Shown: positions 26,110 to 37,869 of the stretch, in pieces
How the letters are laid out: every line of letters begins with the position of its first letter
Numbering within the stretch: position 1 is the first letter of the stretch
NCBI GenBank assembly: GCA_027604505.1
Contig: JADIIX010000024.1
Location: 62,001-126,000, forward strand
Length of the DNA: 64,000 nucleotides
From: Gonapodya sp. JEL0774
Lineage: Eukaryota
Direction: 5' to 3'
Notes under the pieces: generated by a model
Databases searched by the model: none
What the model was told of the DNA's origin: nothing
Seen by the model: the letters and a program-made list of their open reading frames with translations, nothing else
Position numbers and translations under genes: made by a program

Positions 26110-27931
26110 ATGTCGAGATATCTCATCCGACACTTTCCTCCCAGTAAATAAATGAAGCGATTGATTCCACAACGGCGTCAGTGCATTCTCGACCTTCGCT
26201 GCATTCTTCTTCTAGCGCTGTACTTGGAGTTTTCGAACGACGGGGCGACCTCCGTTCGTCCAATCCAACTGCGTAATGCGCCGAACTTGTGAGAGGAGTA
26301 CAGGGTGGAAAAGAAGCTCCAGAGTGAACCACGTAATGAAATCTCCCTCACGTTCATGATTTCTATCTCCAGTCGGGTCCCACTTGATTCCGTCGTCCGG
26401 GATGCTATCTCCACCGAAGCGAGACTCAAACCTCACCGGACTCGCATCACTCAAATTGCACAAAGCGAGTTACGCGAGTTGATATGGATCTTAGCTCGTC
26501 CCTGCGGTGGCCTGAAGGTCCCTTTCTTGCTTCACGCACGCTCCAGGAATACGGATTGCGCACTCCCAAGCCAAATCATACAAGTATGCACTAGCAGGGC
26601 GGTTCAAGCCTCACGCGATGGCACTCACCAACTGCTGCTACAACCAGGCGGGTGACAGGTTCGTGAACCTTTGATGTTTGTGGTAATTCTTCATGCCCAA
26701 CACCCAATTCAAGATTTGCAACCTCCTCCTACGACCGTTCCGTTCGAATTTTCTCCACCCCGTCGCTTGCTTCACCACCGTCTGATCCGCACACATCTCT
26801 TCCTCCACCTCTTTTGACGCTCACCCAGCACACATCCTTGGTGTATCAACTTACATACAATCTCCCTTTCTCCGACAAGCTTCTCACCTGCTCGCTAGAT
26901 CGAACCGCACGCCTGTGGGATGCTATGACTGGAAAATCTCTCTATGCCCTCGTGGGACACGAAGGGGAAGTTGTGGCGGGATGCTTCGACTCAGCAAGCA
27001 GTCGAATAACCACGGGAGGAATGGACGGTATGGCGGTGGTTTGGGACGTCCGCACTGGCTTAGAGGCGACAAGAATGAACGCTCACGAGGATGGAGTACC
27101 CATCGTGGAGTTTGCGCGCAGTTTCTCGCAATCTGGGTCATTGGGCGGAAACAAGAACGACTTCCTACTCACGGCTGGTATGGACGGGGGCGTGAGGGTG
27201 TGGGACTTGCGAAATGCGACCGATCCGCTCTGGGACTGGGCACTGGATGCCGAGGCCTCGGTCACCGCTGCCGGGTGGGTTGGTGAAACATCCAAGGTCG
27301 TTGCAGGGGGCACAGATGGCACCGTTCGCGTGTGGGATTCTTTGAATGGGACGGAAATAGGAGTAGTAAGGTAAGAGTCATTCTTTGTACCCTGCTACGG
27401 CATCTGAATTGCCACCCTGCAATCTCGGCAGAGACACTGGGGTCGAAGTACTCTCGGTCACTGCCTCGCTGGACGGTTCTTTAGTCGCTTCAGCAGCCTC
27501 AGATGGTATTGCGAAGGTTTACGATGTTTCATCCCTTCGGTTGCGGCACATATTGAAGGGAAACGCTTGTGAGGTCAATAAGGTGAATGAAGGCGCGTTG
27601 AACTTGTTATGCGGCGCTACCATGGACAACTTCTGTGTCGTTTGGGTGACGATAGCTGGTGTTCTCTCCACCAGGGGAGCGACTCCTCACGGCTGGCAAT
27701 GATGGTACTGTGCGACTATGGGATGTCACGGAAGGCAAATGTTTGCAGGTCAGATTCTGATCATTTCGTCAACAAATGTATGCTTCGCTGAAGACAAACA
27801 TCTCTCATGTGATGTAGTCGTTCTCGGATCATTCTGCAGCTGCTTTCGCTTGCCACTTTTCTTATGATTCTAGGAGAGTAATGACAGCCGGACGAGACGA
27901 CGTAGTCGCGATATACGAAGCGCAAACGTGA
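26110..27931 (+). CDS. DAW1: DAW1/WDR69/ODA16-like WD40 dynein-arm assembly factor
   Basis: N-terminus [17 protein letters not shown] resembles DAW1 LLRYYPPGIxLEY. Also [52 protein letters not shown] and further WD repeats; ends [17 protein letters not shown]. Confidence 0.8.
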
Positions 27932-28019
27932 ATATTGAATATGTAGAGGACACCACGTGGACCTATTATTAGTTTTGGCATTCCAGTGCCTTTTATCAAT
28001 TGTATCAAACTCCAAACGT

Positions 28020-30807
28020 TCACCAGCCACCCCTCCACCCACCACGACCTCTCGGCCCGGGTACCCATCCTCCAACCATACCGCCTCTACCCATACCACC
28101 CGGGCCTAATCCCCCTCGCATCATCCCGCCGGGGACCAGTCCACCTCGCATCATCCCCCCCCTCATCATACCTCTACCCCTTGGTCCACCGCGACCTCTG
28201 AACACAAAACCACCACCTCTCGCACCACCGCGAGGAACAAAAGGTCGGGATTGAGCTGCCGGCGCCGTAGGCTTTGCCTTTTTTGTGGCGCCAGCATTCG
28301 GTGCTGTTACCGGCGCCTTGCGCTTTCTGCAGTGCGACAGAGAGGACATTAATCTGGCCCCACGTGCATTCTCCAGAATCTTTGGCCACTTACCCCGTTC
28401 CATTCACAGTCTCCCCAGGTTTTGTCCCTTCTTTGGTCTCGAATCCAGTGACTTTTTCGAATGCGACCTTTTCCTGTTCTTGTCCGAGTGTCCAACTCAA
28501 TTTCATGTTGGGTATATTCGTTCGTGCTGCAGCCGGCTTGAGCAGTTCCCGCGCGAGATCGTAGCAGTTCTCGAAGAGTCGCACAAGTTTGGTGAGGGAC
28601 GAGTGCTGCAGGAGAGACGGAAGGTACCTTTCCGTATGCCCGTCGAAGCAACATCACACTTCTATGTCGCTCACAGTCATTCCTCCGGCTACGGATTTAT
28701 CCACAGGTTCCTTCCACGCCGCCAGCTTTTGTTTATACGTCTGCTTCTCCGTCACACTTTCAGTATACACTCGTGTGATCCTAGCAATAAAGATCCCGAT
28801 GAGTTGAGATACGATTCAGAGCAACGTTAATATTCTCACCTTGCTTTGCTCTGCGCATCAACCTCCACCACGGCACCTTGCACTGCACTCCTGAATGCGA
28901 TATACAGCACCGGCTCCAACCGAGACCAATTAATCTTCTCCGCCGTGGCGCTACCCTCGGCCAATGGAACGACAGACTTTGAAGTTTCAGTTATCGAAAA
29001 TCAGCTGCAATGTGAGAATGCCAACACACACAGATTTCCGCTCACCCACCTGCAACGACGACTTTGAGCCATCCCACAGAATTTTCACAGTCTCGGCGTC
29101 TGCATTGTAACGGGCTGTTTCAGCAGCGGTTCGAAGAAAAGGAGTACGTTGTTTTTCGGGAAGGGTTGCTAGCCGGGTCGGTTCGAGTGCCTGAGCGGCG
29201 AGATATGTGAGGAGGCGGTTGGGGGGAAGGGAACGAGGAGGCTGCACCATCGGTTCGGTACAAAAGTGAGCTAGTTCGAGCCCGTGCAGACAAAAGAAAG
29301 GGAACAACAAGAGAAAAAGCCCACCTTGGAGAACCCGGCGATGGCCTTGATGACTCCGACCACTCCTGTCCATTCCTCCTCTTGGACCGTCGCCAAATCC
29401 TCCGGGACGAACTTCCAGTACCCATCGGCGACTCGTGCGGCGTAGTCAGGTTTCTGTGATACGCTGAGGGAAAGCAGGACGCGGGAGAGTAAGAGGTGGT
29501 CCTCCAACGTTGGAGAGGTCGTCGCGAGGAGCTGATGGAGCACGGAGATCCGATGAGAATGAGTTTTTCGGTCACCGATAAAGAAATTTCATTTGAAAGA
29601 ACGGTGATCCAGAGGTTTTCCCAGGAACCCCTCTTCCTTCCCACAGCCGGGAGACAACCGCAACTTGCCCGATTCACAACGATACCGACGACCACCCACA
29701 ACGACCATCTTATGCCATCTCTGTGCGGATTCAAATCCCAAAGAGCGATAAATCTCCACTGCCAAAACTCACTCCGCTGACTCGTTCCACCACCTGCGCC
29801 TCGGCCTCCTCGCCCAATTCCACACCGGACGCTTCAAGCGCCGGTTTCATTTCCTCGGCCATCCACTTTGCACCTTGTTCGTACTCCGCGTCGGAGCCCT
29901 CGAGGAGGGACAAGGCCGCGGCGAGGGTTTCCTTGGTGCTGGTGTGGAGGCAGGCGGAGAGGACAGACGAGAGAGAGGGGTCGGATGGGAGGGTGACGCC
30001 TGGAGGTTTTCAGAGATGGTAGACGAGAGCAGAGAGGAGGACGGATTAGAGATTCGGGGTTGTGGTGAAGAAAGTCTTCAAGAAAGGGATTGCTCACCCG
30101 TCTCTTGAATCTGGTTCGGCAACACGATACACGTCCAGGCTACATTTTGAACGAGTGTCTTATCTTTAGCGAGAACCAATAATGCGCGGAGGGCGTAGAG
30201 TTGTGTCTGAGTAGTCAGGGAGATGGGACGTGGAGAGAATGAGGAAGGATGGTGAAGCAATGACAAAGTCGATTCCATCTCACCTGAGAATCCTCGTCGA
30301 GGCATAGATTCTACATTCGATAAGAAGAGTGAAATAGTGAGCGAGCAGTGTGGTGTGGTGTGGCCAACGGTGAATTCATGGTGAAGTTCAGAAATACATT
30401 TGGCCCCATTCCTCCACCTCACACTCACCGCCAGGAGATCGAACAAATCATTCTGTAAATCCGGAAACGCTGCGACAATCTTAGCAGTGTGCGAAAACAG
30501 GCTCTGTGCGAGCAGCCGGCGGGCCTTGAGAGAACGAGACTCTCGAGGCTTCACCAAGGTGCGTAACGAGTCGCCAGTCTGGAAAGCGGGTGATCCCAGG
30601 TTGAAAAACCAGCCGAGGAAAGAACAAAAGGTGTGAGAATAAGGCGTGGAGTTGGAACAGGCATTGGACCCCGGGCAAGTGTGGATCAAGTCAGACCGGC
30701 GTCGTTGTGTTCACAGGTCGTCGAGAGAAGGACGGTACCTCTGCAATACTCGTATCCAGCACACGTGTTAGCACATTGTAGACCTCTTCTACGTCGTCCT
30801 GGGCCAT
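28020..30807 (-). CDS. API5 (apoptosis inhibitor 5)-like helical-repeat protein with RGG tail
   Basis: MAQDDVEEVY, ARRLLAQ...AFPDLQ, TKETLAAALSLLEG..EQGAKWM and NCYDLARELL...MKLSW follow the API5 motif order; KRK basic patch; RGG-rich end. Confidence 0.62.
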
Positions 30808-31013
30808 CCGCTTGAGGAATCTTCGAGAGAAATGAAAGGTCCCCGTTCGCTCGTGCCCTGTGCACTTGGGCTTTAGGATGTCTAAACCACTTTCTGCGAG
30901 TTCCTCACATCTTCTGCTTTGCCGGATGAAGTTGCCTCCCATCTGGAGGAAGGTGTGATATCGTTTTCCGAAGCTTAGCTGCACTACTATTGGCCCTCTA
31001 GTTACTCTCACTG

Positions 31014-33368
31014 CTATGTTTTTGGAGTGACGTTCCTACTTATGACCCCCAGCCGCGACGGATTTCTGAACTTGCGATGTGCTCGTTTTCTTCACAAGTT
31101 CCTTGTTCTCTACAGAAGTGTCCAAGAAAATTATTCGGGAAGTTCGATGCCTCACCTCGCTACCAGTCTATCCAACTCACGCTTTAAAGCATTTGCAAAC
31201 ACTTGAAGCATTTGCAAAAAATTATCTTGGGTGCTCCGAATCTCGTGCACAATGGAACGACTTTGGATACTGCCTGCTCGAACATAAGAGAAATCAAACT
31301 TGATTGCTTTTTCTATGGCTCCAAGAATTCTAAAACATTTGTAGGGCCATTTTTCCCACGAAAGAGATGTTCGTTAACTTAGGTCCAACACTTACGATTG
31401 GAGGGGTCTTGTGATGAAAATCCATGTAAAGATTACAGAGGCGAAACTCATACCCAGTACTAACGCAACCGCTTTGGTGCAGGAGTGGAGGATACGATCG
31501 AGATGCCAAGTCCAGAGTGACCCACACACCAGAGAACTCACGCACCTGAAAATGACATTATGAGCGTTGCCTTGATACCATCCTCTTGGAGCCTTTGTGA
31601 CAGATAGATAGTGTCTCCAAGGAAATCATATGTTGGCCTAAGCGAGTTGTTGACGTCCAAGAATTAGAGAGTTACTGCGGCCTTCATGCAACTTACGCTC
31701 CGGTGACTATGTAGTAGTTGAAACCGTATATCTGCTTGCTTGTGGCCTGGAACATATACTCCCCGATCTGAAAGTTTACATTCTTGATTTCCTGCGAGAG
31801 ATTGCCCCTGGTGTAGTTGTAGATTGCTCCGAGGGAGATATTGAGCAAAGGATACTGTTCATAGGAGTAATTAAATATAGATCGAAGGTTCCCATTTGAT
31901 ATCAAAGTCTGTATCGTCGAGAGTCACGTCGAGAAGTCAATCGCATAAACACATTCACGGGACCAACTGTAAATCACCTCCTGCTGTGCTGTCTGGTTAC
32001 CCAATCCTGATACTGCCAGAACTTGCCCTCCTTGAGATCGCACAAAAATGTACAGCAGTGACATAGGGGTGAGTGTTGATTTAACATCGTCCAGAACGGA
32101 ACACAGATTCTGAACCGAGAAAGAAGTGGCGATGACTCCAATATGACCACCAGAGGGATCAAACACGCTTATCCTCATCACTTGAACGATGATTGATTTA
32201 GGGCCGATGGTCGGGTCTCCCAAAGTTGCACTACCCCTCGGGTTGATGGCGTAAATCTCTGGGAGCTCAGCGATTGGGAACTGAAACGCTAGTGATCTTA
32301 TTTCAAGTGTCATAGGATTCCAGATGTAAACGCTGTAAAGACCCTGCGTGTTGTTGACCGGACAGAATCTCAGGCATGTAAAGTTGTTGTTTCTGGTGAG
32401 GAACACTGTTGACAAGCCATTTCCGCCGATAAGCACATCGGAGACTACAAAGAACATGGAGGCTCCAGAACGGGGGTTTGGCATGTAACTTAACGACATC
32501 ACGGCCGCTTAAATGATGGCGAATAAATCACATATTGTCGACAGTTTTTGGAGATGATGGCACGTACACGAAAGCTTAAAAGAACCAACAGTCCGGTTCA
32601 TCAAAGGCACTAGACGACTGGTGGTTGAAGTCAGCTCATAGATGGTTTCCTAGCTTGCCTGAGCCAGTGTCCGCACTCACTCCACATCTGTGGTGTTCAA
32701 AATACCACCTTCAATCGTTTGGGCCACACTCACCTGAGCAAAATATATCTTCGGAGAAGGGTAAGAAAAGACGACGACACCTTAACATATTAAATGTAGC
32801 TTTTCCATACCTGACCTAGGTAAGCTTCTGTACAATTGACGAAACTACTTGGGGTGAGCGCTCGCTATGCCATCGCCGATGGGAGAGCTCACCTAAAGCT
32901 GTCGAAACCTTTTGGCTTGCATCCGTAAGACGCGCCAGTCCGAGGGATCCAATGCTTTTAGATGCTTCGAGTGAATGCGGAGATTCGAATGTTTCAATTC
33001 GGTGAGGTAAAACCTGTTCCGCACAAAACTTGAGGGTATAGGGCTACCTTGATCCGTCGCACTACCAATAGATTTGTTATTCGTGTTGACTCCAAGGATG
33101 ACCGTCACAAGGGCAACAGAAGATATGCTGTTGACGCATGAGTTATGGGGTCAGGATTCAGATGAGCTAGGAAAGTCCCACTGGAAACGTACTTGACCGC
33201 GACTAGCAGAACTATGAGTGTTCGCAGAGATAGTGACCAGATTGAATCGTTCCGAGACTTCTTTTCTGGGTCAGATGTGGGCCCCGATCCTGCAGGGCTT
33301 GAAGAAGCATCCATCGTCACTGATGCCGACAAGCGACTAGAATCATTGGTCCCTGACTGTCCTTGCAT
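31014..33368 (-). CDS. Two-TM sensor: TM1 - extracellular Cache-like region - TM2 - HAMP-like helices - short tail, with no catalytic output domain
   Basis: TM1 SLRTLIVLLVAV...; Cache-like VFDPSGGHIGVIATSFSVQNL..LYIF..GQVLAVS and YYIVTGA|PTYDFLG; TM2 AVALVLGMSFASVIFTWIF; HAMP-like ITRPLQSILGAIEKAIKFDF...EIRSTQDNFLQMLQVFANALK|QNKEL; stop at 31016-31014. The 3' exons splice in frame with GT-AG introns. Confidence 0.7.
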
Positions 33369-33633
33369 TACTGTTCTTGCCTTTTGCGGATGCTTTGGGG
33401 TAGTATAAGGGGACAAATGGAGGTGGGTTGGTAGGGGACTCAAACCATTCGAGATGAGTGCGCGACCTGCCTGAAAGCCTGCAAGGCACAACTGGTTCAG
33501 CAAAACAGGAATATCGCATGTGAAGCCGCACCTGAAACTTCATTTATCTCAAAATCCCCCCCCAAAAACTCCCCTGCCCAACGCGTGACCACATACCACC
33601 CAGTTGCTCCTGTCTACATTCCACCCCGCCGGC

Positions 33634-35974
33634 ATGGCAACAGGCCTAACCCGCCGCGTCTGTCCTACTCGTGGCAATTCGATACGCTTCTTTTCTTCAC
33701 CTCCCATGACTTCTCCGTCCTCCTCCTCCTCTCTCTCCACCTTCTCAACCGAATCACCTATCGAGGCCCACCTCCCCTACATCCTCAACCGAATCACGTC
33801 TCTCGCCCACCACATATCCCTTTCCCGCCACCTCTGCCTTCCTCTCCCCTTCCGCTCGGCCCAACTTGCCCACTACTCCGCCAAAGGTTCACGGTGTATG
33901 TGGCATGGTGATAGCGGCACAACGAACCCAAGAGGGCGGTGACGAGACTCCTGTATTTGAATGAAAAGTGGACACACATGGATGTGGGGGAGTGGAGGAT
34001 ATGGCCCAAAGGGAAAGGAGGAGGGGAGGAGGATGACGCAAGGGACCGCCAGGGCCGAGCAGAAGCAGATCAGGACACAAAGCTTGCCGGTCGATTCCGC
34101 TAGAACTGGATCACACGAGGGTACTGTGAGCACCGAGCACTGCAGTTCTCCCCTCCACCATGACCTCCCCCGTACCCCCGACCGCCTCCTTATCTTCCCA
34201 GCCTCTACCCCGCACTGTGTCCTCCTCTCTCACGCGCGACCTGCACAGCGCAAACGGCGTGTTTTCATCTTCCTGATGCGGGATCGTTCGAGCTTAGATT
34301 GGAGAGGCGAAGGGGGAGGCCGGGGATACATGAGTGGCACATAGCCATCCACATAGTACCGAGGAGTCCCTTCTTGTACTAACACAAACCAGATACCACG
34401 GCACGTAAATTTTCGTTTGCCTCTTCTCTCTCCGCGCCCCCAAAACCCACTCTACACTCTCCTCCCTTTTCTGCCAATCAAACAACCCCGCACCGCATCT
34501 TCGTAGGCGTGTACTCCCAAGACGATCCAGATCACGACGAGAAAATACACAACAAATCTACCATTGATTAGTGGAGGGACCAGATAAAGTTCGAGTGCTG
34601 GAAAGCCCGGGACGCGACTGGGCCTTTGATGGCGAGGCAGTGCGGTGGGGTGATTTGTGGGGGGAGGAGCAGTACATACAGGTGGATTCGCATATGGTAC
34701 GTTTGAGGCGGCTCTCGTTTCAGGATCACCTTTTGTGCGTACGTGTCAGACACGACACTACTTGCCCACAGCAATTTAACCTCCATCGGGATGCGAGGCT
34801 CATGGACTTCGTCAAACGGCGCCTCCACCCAGTTAAAGCGATGCTGACGACGTATCCGCCGGACTACACTCCCTCCCCCTCTCTTCGAACGTCAACGTCC
34901 TCTTGCGTGTCCTTGTAAGCATCTTCTCCTCTCCCGTCCCTATTGGTTTCAAACCATCATACATTGACCACGACCTCACCATCTGCCGCTGATGCACTTG
35001 CTCTTCACATATCGCGGCTGGACCAGTAAGGCATGCCTCTCTGGTCGGGTCTCTAACCCCTCAAACCACCACTCCTTAGCACGTCCCTCCGTATCCTCGC
35101 TCCCACCCGTTCGCTCTTCCCTCACTAAATCTCCACCCACCTTGACCTCGATCACCTTTGGCCTCATCCCCTCCCGCCACGCCTCCGCCGGATTCCTCTT
35201 CGCCCCCTCGACCCTCCCCACCACTATGCCCCTGGAATTGAGTGACCACCCACCTTTTATATCCCACCTGCCTGACGCAGATCCACTCAGCCCCAATCTG
35301 ATCTGCTGTGTCATCAAGTACACCGCCTCCACGCGAAGCAAGATCACGTCCGGTCCGTTCCGATGATCGCCTCCTGCCTTGCAGCTTGTCCCAGTGACTT
35401 ATAAATGGGCCCGATTTCATTCCGGCCATCAATTGCTCTCGAAATCCTTCTATTTCAATCCACAAGATGACTGTCGCCGGTGAGATCCTCTTCCGAATCT
35501 CCATGAGTTCGGATGTCTGACCTTTCACCAACAGTTGAAATCACCCAGGGTGTTCTTGAGGCCATCCATCCCATTCTCTGTCTCGTGATGAGCCCTCACA
35601 CATGGACTCTACGCATTATCAAAAAAGGGATCACATCCGTTCTTGCTGCTGGCCTTGTCCCCTCAATCGTCAAGTTCTTGATCATGAACATTCTCATCCC
35701 AGCTACATTTGTCGGAATTGCCCTTCAAATTGCCTATGAATCGAAACACCACATACAGGCAGGAGTTTTTTCACCACAGTCCTCTCTTGGTCTTGACAAA
35801 CTCCCCTCTCCCCCCAGTGAACGGACAGAGCAGCCCTCTTTCGGTCTCCCAAAAATCCCAACCAGTGAAAGGACAAAGCAACCCTCTCTCAATCCAAAAG
35901 ACAAGTCCAACCGTGAAGGGGCAGTGACAGGACAGAGGAGGGAGGGAGTCAGACCAGCAGCAAAGTGTAACTGA
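33634..35974 (+). CDS. Uncharacterised multi-exon protein with a C-terminal hydrophobic segment and a 16-aa repeat
   Basis: Coding-like exons (WMWGSGGYGPKG; WAFDGEAVRWGDLWGEEQYIQ; LVPVTYKWARFHSGHQ; hydrophobic IVKFLIMNILIPATFVGIAL). Exon chain not fully resolved. Confidence 0.5.
35814..35930 (+). repeat. Degenerate 48-bp in-frame tandem repeat (about 2.5 copies)
   Basis: ccagtgaa or accgtgaa recurs at 35814, 35862 and 35910, encoding SERTEQPS / SERTKQPS / NREGAV. Confidence 0.7.
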
Positions 35975-36065
35975 ATGTACTTTTATGCTACATATTTGAA
36001 TCAAAATCATTCAAGTGATACTGAAGAAACGGTTCCAGATTCACATCAGGGAAGACACATAGAGA

Positions 36066-36304
36066 GACTTGAAAGAACCAAATCTGAGATACTTTCGAAA
36101 AGAAGAGATCTGAGATCGAATCAGATCTGATCTGATCTGATCAGAAAATGAAGAATGTGGGAAGGTACAAGATGTGCAAGAGTGAAGGTACTTGGAGCGA
36201 CTTGAAAGAAAACGAAATCTGAGATACATTTTGGGAGATTGAGATCTGTGATCGAATCAGATCTGATCAAATAATGAAGAATGTGAAGAAAGTGCAAGAT
36301 TTGC
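36066..36304. repeat. GATC-dense 133-bp-period direct repeat (2 copies)
   Basis: gacttgaaagaa..aaatctgagatac..gagatctg.gatcgaatcagatctgatc..aatgaagaatgtg..caagat.tgc starts at 36066 and again at 36199. There are 10 GATC sites in 36107-36268. Confidence 0.9.
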
Positions 36305-36740
36305 GTGCGGAGCCGAGGCAGAGCTGTCTTTGAGGTACAGCTGGGCCAAAGGATTCCGAGATACGCTTACTCAACAAGTGAGCAGGAACCACAGACAAAA
36401 GTCACGGTAAGAGCAGATTCTGAGCCGGTTCGCAATGTGCGAACACTGCAACCCTTCAACGCGCAGCTGTCTGGATCGCTGAGTTGCGCTGCGCCTACGT
36501 CAAGTGCGAGACTTTGGTTCCGCCTAGACACCTCTCAACAAAGAGAGGCCAGACTGACAAACTTTTGTCGCTCCACAGGACATACGGGCCGTTCACAAAG
36601 TCAGTTGGGTCGATTGGGACAGTCGCTCCGAAGGGCCTTCCTTCAAAAAGGTCAAAGAGACTTTTCGAAGGTGGCAACAGAAATGCCTTTGAGTGATTTT
36701 GAGAGTGAATGAGAGAGGAGGAAAAATGGGGGTTTTTATA
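36305..36740 (-). pseudogene. Possible decayed intronless ORF with a TATA-like promoter, lying between the GATC repeats
   Basis: Minus strand reads TATAAAAA, a pyrimidine-rich leader, then AAAG-GCA-TTT-CTG (no ATG) and AFLLPPSKSLFDLFEG...; frame interrupted downstream. Confidence 0.3.
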
Positions 36741-36867
36741 GTCGTGAGATGGTGTGATTCGATCGCGATTTTGCTTTCTGATCAGAGCGATGCGATGCGA
36801 TGGGGAGATTTTACAACACGATCATCACCATCGAACGGAATGTGCGATAAATTGATGATTGGAGTTA

Positions 36868-36955
36868 GATCAAATCAGAAAGTGCAGAATGTGAAAAGTG
36901 GGCAAGATTTGCAAAACTTGAGTTCTGCAATCGAATCAGATCAGATCAGATCGAG
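36868..36955. repeat. Third, rearranged copy of the GATC repeat
   Basis: gatcaaat..gaatgtgaa..gcaagatttgc plus atcgaatcagatcagatcagatc. Segment 36936-36952 is the exact reverse complement of 36124-36140. Confidence 0.8.
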
Positions 36956-36961
36956 AAACCA

Positions 36962-37510
36962 CATAAAAGGATCGGAGTGAGAGGAGGGTGCTAGTCTGGA
37001 ACTTCCCTAACTTCGTTAGCAGAGATCCGGCGCTGCTTGATCGAATTGTTGAGAGCGAGCTTCCGGCTATTTTGAAATGGTCGACACAGGCATACAAGCG
37101 ACTGTTGGAAGATATTGAATATCGTGACGACAAGGGTAGTTTACAATCGCAAGGATATATGGGACGTTTGCCCTCCTGAACATCTGACCTTCAGGATTGA
37201 GGCCAAAATGGAGTCTGACCCCGTTTATGCGTTCCTGAAAACGCAATGCATGTACGAAAACGGTTCATCCACTACTATGAGGGAGTTAGAAGGTGCTTAC
37301 GAGCTTCCCACTGGAGAGAAGGGAGCTGGGAAGTTCACGAAAACATCAGTGGCGCTCGCTGATAGCAGATTCGTGTGCAAGACGATAATGATTTGCAAAT
37401 CGTGCGAGGGGGTTCATAGACAGGGATGTTGTTAGGAGTATGACAAGAAAGGAAGGACTTCCGCGCGGGGGGTTGTTGGATTAAAAATCGAAAATGATGA
37501 AGGGTTATAA
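36962..37510 (+). pseudogene. C-terminal fragment of a viral D5-like primase-helicase (frameshifted, internal stop)
   Basis: KGS..RRVLVWNFPNFVSRDPALLDRIVESELPAILKWSTQAY, frameshift, KDIWDVCP...DPVYAFL, then CKSCEGVHRQGCC*EYDKKGRT. This matches the post-ATPase region of large-DNA-virus D5 proteins. No introns. Confidence 0.7.
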
Positions 37511-37675
37511 TATGAATAGAGAGTTTGTGAATTTTCAAAACGGAAGTATAGAAAAGGTGAAGCGTAAGTAAGGAGTATTAGATGTGAGACAAAAAGGGTG
37601 AGCCGAAAGCCATAATCACAAATTCACTATATGCACAGTAATTCACACCTAATCACAGCCCTAATGCTCACAGCG

Positions 37676-37704
37676 NNNNNNNNNNCCCCCCCCCCCCCCC
37701 CCCC
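37676..37704. other. Assembly gap (10 N) followed by a 19-nt poly-C run
   Basis: Directly visible in the sequence. Confidence 0.99.
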
Positions 37705-37869
37705 TGACGGCGTGGTTAAGTGGTGCTCTTGGCGGCTCAGATAGAAGATATCAAAGTTCACTTCGGAGAACAAAGAAGGAGGTATTTTTCCTGCAACTGA
37801 CTCTGGGAAAACTATGTTGAGGTGACGAATTTGATTTTCAATATTATTTGTGTTTGGAGGTGTGGAACA

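Noticed and set aside
1..27931. Myosin, IQCE-like, KAR5 and DAW1 as a functional flagellar/mating cluster
   Set aside because: They are interspersed with unrelated housekeeping genes, and nothing in the sequence shows co-regulation.
31180..31230. Apparent frameshift near the end of the Cache-like receptor
   Set aside because: Recounting the A-run (6 nt) keeps the frame: DNFLQMLQVFANALK.
36066..36955. GATC repeats as a CRISPR-like array
   Set aside because: Only 2-3 degenerate copies, no constant repeat with unique spacers, no cas genes, and a eukaryotic context.
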